From Chrysomallon squamiferum (Eukaryota; Animalia; Mollusca): a stretch of DNA of 64,000 bases. Made by a program: the position numbers and the translations under genes. The DNA lies in NCBI GenBank assembly GCA_012295275.1, contig CM022677.1:3348001-3412000 (forward strand), written 5' to 3'. This document shows, in pieces, positions 41,901 through 56,900 of this stretch; within the stretch, counting starts at the first letter, position 1, and every line of letters begins with the position of its first letter. Below the pieces are notes generated by a model. It worked only from the letters and a program-made list of their open reading frames with translations. It was not told the DNA's origin and did not search any database.

Positions 41901-44900
41901 TAAAGCAAGCATGAATGCAAGTGAGAGTGAGAATGCAAGTAAGTAACGTTACCAATTATCTAAGTAAGAAATAAATTTAGTACTTACCTAAATAATGACC
42001 TAAGTAAGCAAGTACCTAAGTAGAGAGAACCTAAGTAAGAGAGAATGCAAGTCAGTAGATTTATAATTATGTGTAAGTAAAATGTAAGTAACTACTTAAC
42101 TAATGTCCTAGGTTAGAAGTAAGCGAAAGTTTAGTAAATAGTAACCTAAGTAAGTACATTAGCAATTATCTCTATAGAAAGAAAGAAAAAAAGTAAAAAA
42201 AAGTAAGTAATACGTAAAATAATGATCTAAGTTGGCAACAACGAAGCGAGCAACTAATTAAAAAACAAATTTGTACATTATTAACAATTATCTCTAAGTA
42301 AGAACGTAAGTAAGTACGTAAATAATGACCTTAGTAAGCAAGGTTGCAACTTACTTTAAGTGAGAATGCAAGTAAGTACATTAACAATTATCTAAGTAAG
42401 AAATAAATTAAGTAATTACGTAAATAATGACCTAAGTAAGCAAGGAAGCAAGTACCTAAGTCAGAGAGAATGCAAGTCAGTACACTTACAATTATGTGAG
42501 TAAGAATGAAAGTAACTACTTAACAAATGTCCTAGGTTAGCAAGTAAAGTGAAGTAAGTAGAGTGAGTTAGTAAATATTAACCTAAGTAAGTACATTAAC
42601 AATTATCTAACTAAGAAAGAAAGGAAGTAAGTACTTAAATAATGATCTAAGTTGGTAAGGAAGCGAGCAACTAATTTAAAATGCAAATTTGTACATTAAC
42701 AATTATCTCAGTAACAACGTAAGTAATTAACGTAAATTACCTAAGTAAGTAAGTAAAAACAACTAAGCAAAATAATGTTAAATAATGACCTAATAAGCAA
42801 GCAATGCAACTTAATTTTGAAGAAAATGCAAGTAAGTACGTTACCAATTATCTAAGTAAGAAATAAATTTAGTACTTACCTAAATAATGACCTAAGTAAG
42901 CAAGGAAGCAAGTACCTAAGTAAGAGAGAATGCAAGTCAGTAGATTTATAATTATGTGAGTAAGAATGTAAGTAACTACTTAACTAATGTCCTAGGTTAG
43001 CAAGTAAGCGAGTAAGTTAGTAAATAGTAACCTAAGTAAGTACATTAGCAATTATCTAAGTAAGAAAGAAAGTAAGTAAGTACGTAAATAATGATCTAAG
43101 TTGGCAACGAAGCGAGCAACTAAGTGAAAATACAAATTTGTACATTAACAATTATCTCAGTAAGAACGTAAGTAAGTACGTAAATAATGACCTTAGTAAG
43201 CAAGGTTGCAACTTACTTAGTGAGAATGCAAGTAAGTACATTAACAATTATCTAAGTAAGAAATAAATTAAGTAATTACGTAAATAATTACCTAAGTAAA
43301 AATAAATTAAGTGACCTAGAATAGTAAATAATGAAGTAAAAGTAACAGTAAAAAGAAGCAAAATTAACCTAAAAGTAATAAAAGAGAGAATGCAAGTCAG
43401 TAACTTACAATTAAGTAAAGAATGAAAGTAACTACTTAACAAATGTCCTAGGTAACAAAGTAAAGTAGAGTAAAGTAAAATTAACCTAAGTAAGTAATTA
43501 ACAATTATCTAAGAAAGAAAGAAAGAAAGTAAGTAAAAGTACTTAAATAATGATCTAAAGTTGGTAAGGAATTAGCAACTAAACAAAAATACAAATTTGT
43601 ACATTAACAATTATCTCAGTAACAACGTAAGTAAGTACGTAAATAATGACCTAAGTAAGCAAGAATGCAACTTACTTAGTGAGAATGCAAGTAAGTACGT
43701 TACCAATTATCTAAGTAAGAAATAAATTTAGTACTTACCTAAAAATAATGACCTAAGTAAAGCAAGGAAGCAAACCTAAGTACCTAAGAGAGAGAGAATC
43801 AAGATCAGTAATTTATGAATAATTATGTAAGAAAGAATGTAAGTAAAACTTAACTAATTAGGTTAGGGTAGCGAAGTAAGCAAGTAAGTTAGTAAACCTA
43901 AAGTAAAACAGCAATTATCTAAGAAAGAAAGAAAGTAAGTAATTAAATTATCTAAGTAAGAAAGAAAGTCTAAGTGAAAAGTACGTAAAAATAATGATCT
44001 AAGTTTGGCAACGAAGCAACAACAACTAAAAAAAAAACAAATTTGTACATTAACAATTAAGTAAGTAACAGTAAGAAGTAAGTAAGTACGTAAATAATGA
44101 CCAAAAGTAAGCAAGGTTGCAACAACTTACTTAGTGAGAATAAATTAAGTAAATTAACAATTATCTAAGTAAAGAAATAAATTAAGTAATTACGTAAATA
44201 ATGACCTAAGTAAGCAAGGAAGCAAGTACCTAAGTCAGAGAGAATGCAAGTCAGTACATTTACAATTATGTGAGTAAGAATGAAAGTAACTACTTAACAA
44301 ATGTCCTAGGTTAGGCAAGTAAGCGAGTGAGTTAGTAAATATTAACCTAAGTAAGTACATTAACAATTATCTAACAAGAAATAAGAAATTATCTAACTAA
44401 AAAAAGAAAGTAAGTAAGTAATGATTAAATAAATGATATAAGTTGGTAAGGAAGCTCATTAAGCAACTAATTTAAAAAACAAAATTTGTACATTAACAAT
44501 TATCTCAGTAAAACAAGTAAGTAATAATACGTAAATAATGAAGTAATGCAACTTACAACAACTTACTTAGTGAAAAAATTACGTAAAGTAATAAATTTAA
44601 TAAATCTAAGTAAGAAATAAATTAAGTACTTACCTAAATAATGACCTAAGTAGTAAGAGAAAGCAAAGTAAGTACCTAGAGTAATAAGAGAGAATGCAAG
44701 TAAGTAGATTTATAATTATGTGAGTAAGAATGTAAGTAACTACTTAACTAATGTCCTAGGTTAGGAAGTAAGCGAGTAGTTTAGTAAATAGTAACCTAAG
44801 TAAGTACATTAGCAATTATCTAAGTAAGAAAGAAAGTAAAAGTAAGTAAGTAAATAAATGAATAATCTAAGTAAAGCAACGAAGCAAAGCATGAAAGTGA

Positions 44901-47900
44901 AAATACAAATTTGTACATTAACAATTATCTCAGTAAGTAAAATAACGTAAAAAGTAAGTTAGTAAAGGTTGCAACTTAGTTAGAATGCAAGTAAAAGACA
45001 TTAACAATTATCTAACTTAAATTAAGTAAATGTAAATTAAATTAAATTAACAAATCTAAATAAGAAATAAATAAAGTAATTACGTAAATAATGAGTAAGT
45101 AAGCAAGGAAGCAAGTACCTAAGTCAGAGAGAATGCAAAGTACAATTACTTATTAAATTATGTGAGTAAGAATGAAAGTAACTACTTAACAAATGTCCTA
45201 GGTTAAGTAAGTAAGCGAGTAAGTTAGTAAATATTAACCTAAGTAAGTAATTAACAATAATCTAAGAAAAGAAAGAAAGTAAGTAAGTACTTAAATAATG
45301 ATCTAAGTTGGTAAGGAAGCGAGCAACTAATTTAAAATGCAAATTTGTACATTAACAATTATCTCAGTAACAACGTAAGTAAACGTAAATAATAAGTACG
45401 TAAATAATGACCTAAGTAAAAAGAATGCAACTTACTTAGTGAGAATGCAAGTAAGTACGTTACCAATTATCTAAGTAAAGAAATAAATTTAGTACTTACC
45501 TAAAAATAATGACCTAAGCAAAGGAAGCAAGTAGAAAGCAAGAGAGAATGCAAGTCAGTAGATTTATAAGTAAGAGTAAGAATTTAACTAAGTAATTTAT
45601 AATTATAAGTAAGAATGTAAGTAACTACTAGGTAACTAGGTTAGTCCTAGGTTAGTAAAGTAAAGTAAGTAAGTTTAGTAAAGTAACCTAAGTAATTATC
45701 TAATTATCTAAGAAAGAAAGAAAGTAAGTACGTAAATAATGATCTAAGTTGGCAACGAAGCGAGCAACTAATTGAAAATACAAATTTTACATTAACAATT
45801 ATCTCAGTAAGAACAAAAAAAAGTAAGTAAGTACGTAAATAATGACCTTAGTAAGCAAGGTTGCAACTTACTTAGTGAGATGCAAATAAGTAAATTAATT
45901 ATCATTAAGAAAATAAATTAAGTAACGTAATTACGTAAATAAAGTAATTAAGTAAAAATGACCAAGAGAAAGTAAGCAAGGAACAATTTACCTAAGTATG
46001 TGATAAGAATGAAAGTACTTACAAATGTCCTACAATTATGTGGTTAAGAATGAAAGTTAACTACTTAACAAATGGTTAGGTAATTAAGTAAAGAAGTAAG
46101 TTAAGTAAATATTAAAGTAAAAGTAAGTATAATTAATAATTATCTAAAAAAAAAAAAGTAAATTAAGTAATTAAAAAAAATAATTAACAAAAATAACAAA
46201 AAAACTAATTTAAAATAAAAATTTGTACATTAACAATTATAAGTCAGTAACAACGTAAGTAAGTAAGTACGTAAATAATGACCTAAGTAAGCAAGAATGC
46301 AACTTACTTAGTGAGAATGCAAGTAAGTACGTTACCAATTATCTAAGTAAGAAATAAATTTAGTACTTACCTAAATAATGACCTAAGTAAGCAAGGAAGC
46401 AAGTACCTAAGTAAGAGAGAATGCAAGTCAGTAGAGAATTATGTGAGTAAGAATGTAGTTAACTATTTATAATTATGTAGAAGTAAAGTAACTTACTTAG
46501 TAAATGTCCTAACTAATGTCCTAGGTTAAGTAAGTAAGTAGTAAAGTAGTTTAAAGTAAAAGTAACCTAAGTAAGTCTAATTAGCAATAATCTAAAAAAA
46601 GAAAGAAAGAAAGTAAAACGTAAAAATAATGATCTAAGTTAACAACGAAGTAAAAGCAACTAAAAAAAATACAAATTTGTACATTAACAATTAATAAAAG
46701 TAAGTAAGTAAGTAAAGTAAATAATGATAAGTAAGCAAAGCAAGGTTTAACAACTTAATTAATGCAATTAAATTAACAATTATCTAAGTAAAAATAAATT
46801 AAGTAATTACGTAAATAATGACCTAAGTAAGCAAGGAAGCAAGTACCTAAGTCAGAGAGAATGCAAGTCAGTACACTTACAATTATGTGAGTAAGAATGA
46901 AAGTAACTACTTAACAAATGTCCTAGGTGTAGCAAGTAAGTGAGTGAGTTAGTAAATTAATTAACCTAACATTACAATACATTAACAATTATCTAACTAA
47001 GAAAGAAAGTAAGTAAGTAATTAAATAATGATCTAAGTTGGTAAGGAAGCGAGCAACTAAATTTAAAATGCAAATTTGTACATTAACAATTATCTCAGTA
47101 ACAACATTAACAATTATAAACAAAGTAAGTAAGTAAGTGCAAAAGTAAGTAAATAATGACCTAAGTAAGCAAAGAATGCAACTTACTAAGTTAGTGAGAA
47201 TGCAAGTAAATTACGTTACCAATTATCTAAGAAATAAAGAAATAAATTTAAGTAATTACCTAAATAAATGACCTAAGTAAGCAAGAAAGAAGCATTTACT
47301 ATAAGTAAGAGAGAATGCAAGTCAGTAGATTTATAATTATGTGAGTAAGAATGTAAGTAACTACTTAACTAATGTCCTAGGTTAGCAAGTAAGCGAGTAG
47401 TTTAGTAAATAGTAACCTAAGTAAGTACATTAGCAATTATCTAAGTAAGAAAGAAAGAAAGTAAGTACGTAAATAATGATCTAAGTTGGCAACGAAGCTA
47501 AGAAAAAACAAAAAGTGAAAAAAATAACAATTTGTACATTAATTAACAATTATCAGTAAGTAAGAACGTAAGTACGTTAAATAAAACCTTAGTAAGCAAG
47601 GTTTACTAAGTGAGAATGTTGCAAAATTTATTAGTGAGAATGAAATAAATAAAATTAACAATTAACAATTATCTAAGTAAGAAATAAATTAAGTAATTAC
47701 GTAAATAATGACCTAAGTAAGCAAGGAAGCAAGTACCTAAGTCAGAGAGAATGCAAGTCAGTACACTTACAATTATGTGAGTAAGAATGAAAGTAACTAC
47801 TTAACAAATGTCCTAGGTTAGCAAGTAAGTTAAGTAAGTAAAATTAAGTAAATAATTAACCTAAAGTAATAATTAACAATTATCTAACTAAGAAAGAAAG

Positions 47901-50900
47901 AAAGTAAGTAAGTACTTAAATAATGATCTAAGTTGGTAAGGAAGCGAGCAACTAATTTAAAATGCAAATTTGTACATTAACAATTATCTCAGTAAAACGT
48001 AAGTAAGTACGTAAATAGTAAATAACGTAAATAATGACCTAAGTAAGCAAGAATGCAACTTACTTAGTTAATGAGAATGCAATTATCTAACGTTACCAAA
48101 TTATCTAAATAAATTTAAATTTAGTACTTACCTAAATAATGACCTAAGAAAAGTAACCTAAAAGAAAGCAAGTAAGTAAGTAAGAGAAGAGAATGCAAGT
48201 CAGTATTATTTATAATTATGTGAGTAAGAATGTAAGTAACTTAACTAATGTTAACTAATGTCCTAGGTTAGTAAGTAAGTAAAGTAAGTTTAGTAAATAG
48301 TAACCTAAGAAGAAAAAGTAATTAGCAATGATAAGTAAAGAAAGAAAGTAAGTAAGTACGTAAATAATGATCTAAGTTGGCAAACGAAAAAAAGCAACTA
48401 ATGAAAATACAAATTTGTACATTAACAATTATCTCAGTAAGAACGTAAGTAAGTACGTAAATAATGACCTTAGTAAGCAAGGTTGCAACTTACTTAGTGA
48501 GAATGCAAGTAAGTACATTAACAATTATCTAAGTAAGAAATAAATTAAATAATTACGTAAAAATTACCTAAAGCAAGGAAGCAACCTAAAGCAAGAGAAA
48601 CCTAAGTCAGAAGAGAAAGTACCTTAAGTCAGAGAGAATGCAAGTAACTACTTTTATTGTACAATTATGTGAAAAGAATAAAAAGTAACTACTTAACTAA
48701 TGTCCTTAGTAAGTAAGTAAGTTAAGTAGTAAAGTAAATATTAACCTAAGTAAAGTAATTAACAATTATCTAAGAAAAAAAAAAAGTAAGTAATAACTTA
48801 AATAATGATCTAAAGTTAAGAATTAACGAATTTAAACAAATTTAAAATTAACAAATTTAACAACATTAACAATTATCTCGTAAGTAACAACGTAAAGTAA
48901 GTACGTAAAAATAATGACCTAAGTAAGCAAGAATGCAACTTACTTAGTGAGAATGCAAGTAAGTACGTTACCAATTATCTAAGTAAGAAATAAATTTAGT
49001 ACTTACCTAAATAATGACCTAAGTAAGCAAGGAAGCAAGTACCTAAGTAAGAGAGAATGCAAGTCAGTAGATTTATAATTATGTGAGTAAGAATGTAAGT
49101 AACTAACTAACTAATGTCCTAAGTAACTCCTTAACTAATGTAGGTTAGTTAGTTAAGTAAGTTTAGTAAGTTAGTAGTAAAATAGTAACCTAAGTAAGTA
49201 CATTAGCAATTATCTAAGTAAGAAAAAAAAAGTAAAGTAAGTACGTAAATCTAATCTAAGTTTGGCAAAAAAGTGAAAATACAAATTTAACATTAAATTA
49301 TCAGTAACAACGTAAGTAATTACGTAAATAATTATCTTAGTAAGTAACTTAGTAAATAAGTAAGTAGTAAATAACAACCTTAGTAAGTAAGAATGCAAAA
49401 AATTAATTAAGTGAGAATGCAATTAATTAACAATTATCTAAGTAATAAAAATAAATTAAGTAATTACGTAAATAATGACCTAAGTAAGCAAGGAAGCAAG
49501 TACCTAAAAGAAGAGAGAATGCAAGTCAGTAATTATGTAAATTATGTGAGTAAAGAATGAAAGTAACTACTTAACTAATGTCCTAGGTTAGCAAGTAAGC
49601 GAGTAAGTTAGTAAATAGTAACCTAAGTAAGTACATTATTACATTATCTAAGTAAAAAGAAAATCTAAGTAAAAGTAAAAAGAAAGTAAGTAAGTACGTA
49701 AATAATGATCTAAGTTGGCAACGAAGCGAGCAACTAAGTGAAAATACAAATTTGTACATTAACAATTATCTCAGTAACAACGTAAGTAAGTACGTAAATA
49801 ATGACCTTAGTAAGCAAGGTTGCAACTTACTTAGTGAGAATGCAATTAAGTAAGTACATTAACAATTATCTAAGTAAGAAATAAATTAAGTAATTACGTA
49901 AAAATAATGACCTAAGTAAGCAAGGAAGCAAGTACCTAAGTCAGAGAGAATGCAAGTCAGTACACTTACAATTATGTGAGTAAGAATGAAAGTAACTACT
50001 TAACAAATGTCCTAGGTTAGCAAGTAAGCGAGTGAGTTAGTAAATATTAACCTAAGTAAGTACATTAACAATTATCTAACTAAGAAAGAAAGTAAGTAAG
50101 TACTTAAATAATGATCTAAGTTGGTAAGGAAGCGAGCAACTATTTAAAAAAAAAAAAATTTGTACATTAAATTTCAGTAACAACATTAACAATTATCTCA
50201 GTAACAACGTAAGTAAAGAACGTAAATAAGAACCTAAGTAAGTGCAAGAATGCAACTTACTTACTTAAGAAATAATGCAAGTAATTAGTTACCAATTATC
50301 TAAGTAAGAAATAAATTTAGTACTTACCTAAATAATGACCTAAGTAAGCAAGGAAGCAAGTACCTAAGTAAGAGAGAATGCAAGTCAGTAGATTTATAAT
50401 TATGTGAGTAAGAATGTAAGTAACTACTTAACTAATGTCCTAGGTTAGCAAGTAAGCGAGTAAGTTAGTAAATAGTAACCTAAGTAAGTACATTAGCAAT
50501 TATCTAAGTAAGAAAAAAAAAGTAAGTACGTAAATAATGATCTAAGTTGGCAACGAAGAAAGCAACTAAGAAAAATAAAAATTTGTACATTAACAATTAT
50601 CTCAGTAACAAAGAAAGTAAGTAAGTACGTAAATAATGACCTTAGTAAGCAAGGTTGCAACTTACTTACTTTACTTAGTGAGAATGCAAGTAAGTACATT
50701 AACAATTATCTAAGTAAGAAATAAATTAAGTAATTACGTAAATAACCTAAAAGTAAGCAAGGAAGCAAGTACCTAAGTCAGAGAGAATGCAAGTCAGTTT
50801 TATTTACAATTAATTATGTGAGAAAGAAATGAAAGTAACTACTTAGGTTAATGTCCTAGGTTAGTAAAGTAAGTTGAGTGAGTTAGTAAATATTAACCTA

Positions 50901-53900
50901 AGTAAGTACATTAACAATTATCTAACTAAGAAAGAAAGTAAAACTTAAAAATTGGTACTTAAATAATGATAAAAAGTTTTAACAAAAAACAAATTAAAAA
51001 ATTAAAAACAATTAACAATTATCTCAGTAACAACGTAAGTAAGTACGTAAATAATGACCTAAGTAAGCAAGAATGCAACTTACTTAGTGAGAATGCAAGT
51101 AAGTACGTTACCAATTATCTAAGTAAGAAATAAATTTAGTACTTACCTAAATAATGACCTAAGTAAGCAAGGAAGCAAGTACCTAAAGGAAGCAAGTACC
51201 TAAGAGAGAAGAATGCAAGTCAGTTTATTTATAATTATGTAAGAGTAAGAATGAAAGTAACTGTCTTAACTAATGTCCTAGGTTAGCAAGTAAGTAAAAG
51301 TAGTTAGTAAATAGTAACCTAAGTAAGTAACAATTATCTAATTATCTAAGTAAAAAAAAGTAAGTAAGTACGTAAATAATAATCTAAGTTAAGCAACTAA
51401 GAAAAGCAACTAATTTAAAAACAAATCAAATTTGTACATTAACAATTATCTAAGTAAGTAACAACGTAAGTAAGTACGTAAATAATGACCTAAGTAAGCA
51501 AGGTTGCAACTTACTTAGAAGAATGCAAAAGTAAGTACGTTAACAATTATCTAAGTAAAAGAAATAAATTAAGTAATTTAAATAAATAATAAGCTAAGTA
51601 AGCAAGGAAGCAAGTACCTAAGTAAGAGAGAATGCAAGTCAGTAGATTTACAATTATGTGAGTAAGAATGTAAGTAAACTTAACTAATGTCCTTAACTAA
51701 CTTGTCCTAATGTCCTAGGTTAGTAAAGTAAGTTAGTAAAAGTTTAGTAAATAGTAACCTAAGTAAATACAATTATCAATTAAATCTAAAAAAGAAAGAA
51801 AGTAAGTAAGTACGTAAATAATGATCTAAGTTGGCAACGAAGCGAGCAACTAAGTGAAAATACAAATTTGTACATTAACAATTATCTCAGTAAGAACGTA
51901 AGTAAGTACGTAAATAATGACCTTAGTAAGCAAGGTTGCAACTTACTTAGTGAGAATGCAAGTAAGTACATTAACAATTATCTAAGTAAGAAATAAATTA
52001 AGTAATTACGTAAATAATGACCTAAGTAAGCAAGGAAGCAAGTACCTAAGTCAGAGAGAATGCAAGTCAGTACACTTACAATTATGTGAGTAAGAATGAA
52101 AGTAACTACTTAACAAATGTCCTAGGTTAGCAAGTAAGCGAGTGAGTTAGTAAATATTAACCTAAGTAAGTACATTAACAATTATCTAACTAAGAAAGAA
52201 AGGAAGTAAGTACTTAAATAATGATCTAAGTTGGTAAGGAAGCGAGCAACTAATTTAAAATGCAAATTTGTACATTAACAATTATCTCAGTAACAACGTA
52301 AGTAAGTACGTAAATAATGACCTAAGTAAGCAAGAATGCAACTTACTTAGTGAGAATGCAAGTAAGTACGTTACCAATTATCTAAGTAAGAAATAAATTT
52401 AGTACTTACCTAAATAATGACCTAAGTAAGCAAGGAAGCAAGTACCTAAGTAAGAGAGAATGCAAGTCAGTAGATTTATAATTATGTGAGTAAGAATGTG
52501 AAAGTAACTACTTAACTAATGTCCTAGGTTAGCAAGTAAGTAAGTAGTAAGTTAGTAAATAGTAACCTAAAGTAAGTACATTAGCAATTATCTAAGAAAG
52601 AAAAAAGTAAGTAAGTAAATAAAATAATGATCTAAGTTGGCAACGAAGCGAGCAACTAAAGTGAAAATACAAATTTTACATTAACAATTATCTCAACAAA
52701 CAAGTAAGTAACGTAAAGTACGTAAATAATGAGGTTTAGTAAGCAAGTTGGTTGCAACTTACTTAGTGAGAATGCAAAGTAAATAAATTAACAATTATCT
52801 AAGTAAGAAATAAATTAAGTAATTACGTAAATAATGACCTAAGTAAGCAAGGAAGCAAGTACCTAAGTCAGAGAGAATGCAAGTCAGTACACTTACAATT
52901 ATGTGAGTAAGAATGAAAGTAACTACTTAACAAATGTCCTAGGTTAGCAAGTAAGCGAGTGAGTTAGTAAATATTAACCTAAGTAAGTACATTAACAATT
53001 ATCTAAGAAAGAAAAAGAAAGTAAAGTAAAGTACTTAAATAATGATCTAAGTTGGCAAGGAAGCGAGCAACTAATTTAAAATGCAAATTTGTACATTAAC
53101 AATTATCTCAGTAACAACGTAAGTAAGTACGTAAATAATGACCTAAGTAAGCAAGAATGCAACTTACTTTAGTGAGAATGCAAGTAACGTTACGTTACCA
53201 ATTATCTAAGTAAGAAATAAATTTAGTAATTACCTAAATAATGACCTAAGTAAGCAAGGAAGCAAGTACCTAAGTAAGAGAGAATGCAAGTCAGTAGATT
53301 TATAATTATGTGAGTAAGAATGTAAGTAACTACTTAACTAATGTCCTAGGTTAGCAAGTAAGCGAGTAGTAAGTTAGTAAATAGTAACTAAGTAAGTAAG
53401 TACATTAGCAATTATCTAAAAAGAAAAAAGTAAGTAAGTACGTAAATAATGATCTAAGCAAAAAACGAAGCGAGCAACTAAGTAAAAATACAAATTTGTA
53501 CATTAACAATTATCTCAGTAACAACGTAAGTAAGTACGTAAATAATGACCTTAGTAAGCAAGGTTGCAACTTACTTAGTGAGAATGCAAATAAGTACATT
53601 AACAATTATCTAAGTAAGAAATAAATTAAGTAATTACGTAAATAATGACCTAAGTAAGCAAGGAAGCAAGTACCTAAAGTACCTAAGTCACACTTACAGA
53701 GAATGCAAGTCAGTACACTTACAATTATGTGAGTAAGAATGAAAGTAACTACTTAACAAATGTCCTAGGTTAGCAAGTAAGCGAGTGAGTTAGTAAATAT
53801 TAACCTAAGTAAGTACATTAACAATTATCTAACTAAAAGAAAGAAAGTAAGTAATTAAAGTAAAGTAACTTAAATAATGATCTAAGTTGGTAAGGAAGCG

Positions 53901-56900
53901 AGCAACTAATTTAAAATGCAAATTTGTACATTAACAATTATCTCAGTAACAACGTAAGTAAAGTAACGTAAATAATGACCTAAGTAAGCAAGAATGCAAC
54001 TTACTTAGTGAGAATGCAAGTAAGTACGTTACCAATTATCTAAGTAAGAAATAAATTTAGTACTTACCTAAATAATGACCTAAGTAAGCAAGGAAGCAAG
54101 TACCTAAGTAAGAGAGAATGCAAGTCAGTACATTTACAATTATGTGAGTAAGAATGTAAGTAACTACTTAACTAATGTCCTAGGTTAGCAAGTAAGCGAG
54201 TAGTTTAGTAAATAGTAACCTAAGTAAGTACATTAGCAATTATTAAGCAATTATCTAAGTAAATAAGAAAGAAAGTAAAAGAAAGTAAATAAAGTACGTA
54301 AATAATGATCTAAGTTGGCAACGAAGCGAGCAACTAAGTGAAAATACAAATTTGTACATTAACAATTATCTCAGTAACAACGTAAGTAAGTACGTAAATA
54401 ATGACCTTAGTAAGCAAGGTTGCAACTTACTTAGTTAGTGAGAATGCAAGTAAGTACGTTAACAATTATCTAAGTAAGAAATAAATTAAGTAATTACGTA
54501 AATAATGACCTAAGTAAGCAAGGAAGCAAGTACCTAAGTCAGAGAGAATGCAAGTCAGTAGATTTACAATTATGTGAGTAAGAATGTAAGTAACTACTTA
54601 ACTAATGTCCTAGGTTAGCAAGTAAGCGAGTAAGTTAGTAAATAGTAACCTAAGTAAGTACATTAGCAATTATCTAAGTAAGAAAGAAAAAGTAAGTAAC
54701 GTAAATAATGATCTAAGTTGGCAAACGAAGCGAGCAACTAATTGAAAATACAAATTTGTACATTAACAATTATCTCAGTTAACAATTATCTCAGTAACAA
54801 CGTAAGTAAGTACGTAAATAATGACCTTAGTAAGCAAGGTTGCAACTTACTTAGTGAGAATGCAAGTAAGTACATTAACAATTATCTAAGTAAGAAATAA
54901 ATTAAGTAATTACGTAAATAATGACCTAAGTAAGCAAGGAAGCAAGTACCTAAGTCAGAGAGAATGCAAGTCAGTACATTTACAATTATGTGAGTAAGAA
55001 TGTAAGTAACTACTTAACTAATGTCCTAGGTTAGCAAGTAAGCGAGTAAGTTAGTAAATAGTAACCTAAGTAAGTACATTAGCAATTATCTAAGTAAGAA
55101 AGAAAGTAAGTAAGTACGTAAATAATGATCTAAGTTGGCAACGAAGCGAGCAACTAAGTGAAAATACAAATTTGTACATTAACAATTATCTCAGTAACAA
55201 CGTAAGTAAGTACGTAAATAATGACCTTAGTAAGCAAGGTTGCAACTTACTTAGTGAGAATGCAAGTAAGTACATTAACAATTATCTAAGTAAGAAATAA
55301 ATTAAGTAATTACGTAAATAATGACCTAAGTAAGCAAGGAAGCAAGTACCTAAGTCAGAGAGAATGCAAGTCAGTACACTTACAATTATGTGAGTAAGAA
55401 TGAAAGTAACTACTTAACAAATGTCCTAGGTTAGCAAGTAAGCGAGTGAGTTAGTAAATATTAACCTAAGTAAGTACATTAACAATTATCTAACTAAGAA
55501 AGAAAGGAAGTAAGTACTTAAATAATGATCTAAGTTGGTAAGGAAGCGAGCAACTAATTTAAAATGCAAATTTGTACATTAACAATTATCTCAGTAACAA
55601 CGTAAGTAAGTACGTAAATAATGACCTAAGTAAGCAAGAATGCAACTTACTTAGTGAGAATGCAAGTAAGTACGTTACCAATTATCTAAGTAAGAAATAA
55701 ATTTAGTACTTACCTAAATAATGACCTAAGTAAGCAAGGAAGCAAGTACCTAAGTAAGAGAGAATGCAAGTCAGTAGATTTATAATTATGTGAGTAAGAA
55801 TGTAAGTAACTACTTAACTAATGTCCTAGGTTAGCAAGTAAGCGAGTAAGTTAGTAAATAGTAACCTAAGTAAGTACATTAGCAATTATCTAAGTAACAA
55901 AGAAAGTAAGTAAGTACGTAAATAATGATCTAAGTTGGCAACGAAGCGAGCAACTAAGTGAAAATACAAATTTGTACATTAACAATTATCTCAGTAAGAA
56001 CGTAAGTAAGTACGTAAATAATGACCTTAGTAAGCAAGGTTGCAACTTACTTAGTGAGAATGCAAGTAAGTACATTAACAATTATCTAAGTAAGAAATAA
56101 ATTAAGTAATTACGTAAATAATGACCTAAGTAAGCAAGGAAGCAAGTACCTAAGTCAGAGAGAATGCAAGTCAGTACACTTACAATTATGTGAGTAAGAA
56201 TGAAAGTAACTACTTAACAAATGTCCTAGGTTAGCAAGTAAGCGAGTGAGTTAGTAAATATTAACCTAAGTAAGTACATTAACAATTATCTAACTAAGAA
56301 AGAAAGGAAGTAAGTACTTAAATAATGATCTAAGTTGGTAAGGAAGCGAGCAACTAATTTAAAATGCAAATTTGTACATTAACAATTATCTCAGTAACAA
56401 CGTAAGTAAGTACGTAAATAATGACCTAAGTAAGCAAGAATGCAACTTACTTAGTGAGAATGCAAGTAAGTACGTTACCAATTATCTAAGTAAGAAATAA
56501 ATTTAGTACTTACCTAAATAATGACCTAAGTAAGCAAGGAAGCAAGTACCTAAGTAAGAGAGAATGCAAGTCAGTAGATTTATAATTATGTGAGTAAGAA
56601 TGTAAGTAACTACTTAACTAATGTCCTAGGTTAGGAAGTAAGCGAGTAGTTTAGTAAATAGTAACCTAAGTAAGTACATTAGCAATTATCTAAGTAAGAA
56701 AGAAAGAAAGTAAGTACGTAAATAATGATCTAAGTTGGCAACGAAGCGAGCAACTAAGTGAAAATACAAATTTGTACATTAACGATTATCTCAGTAACAA
56801 CGTAAGTAAGTACGTAAATAATGACCTTAGTAAGCAAGGTTGCAACTTACTTAGTGAGAATGCAAGTAAGTACATTAACAATTATCTAAGTAAGAAATAA

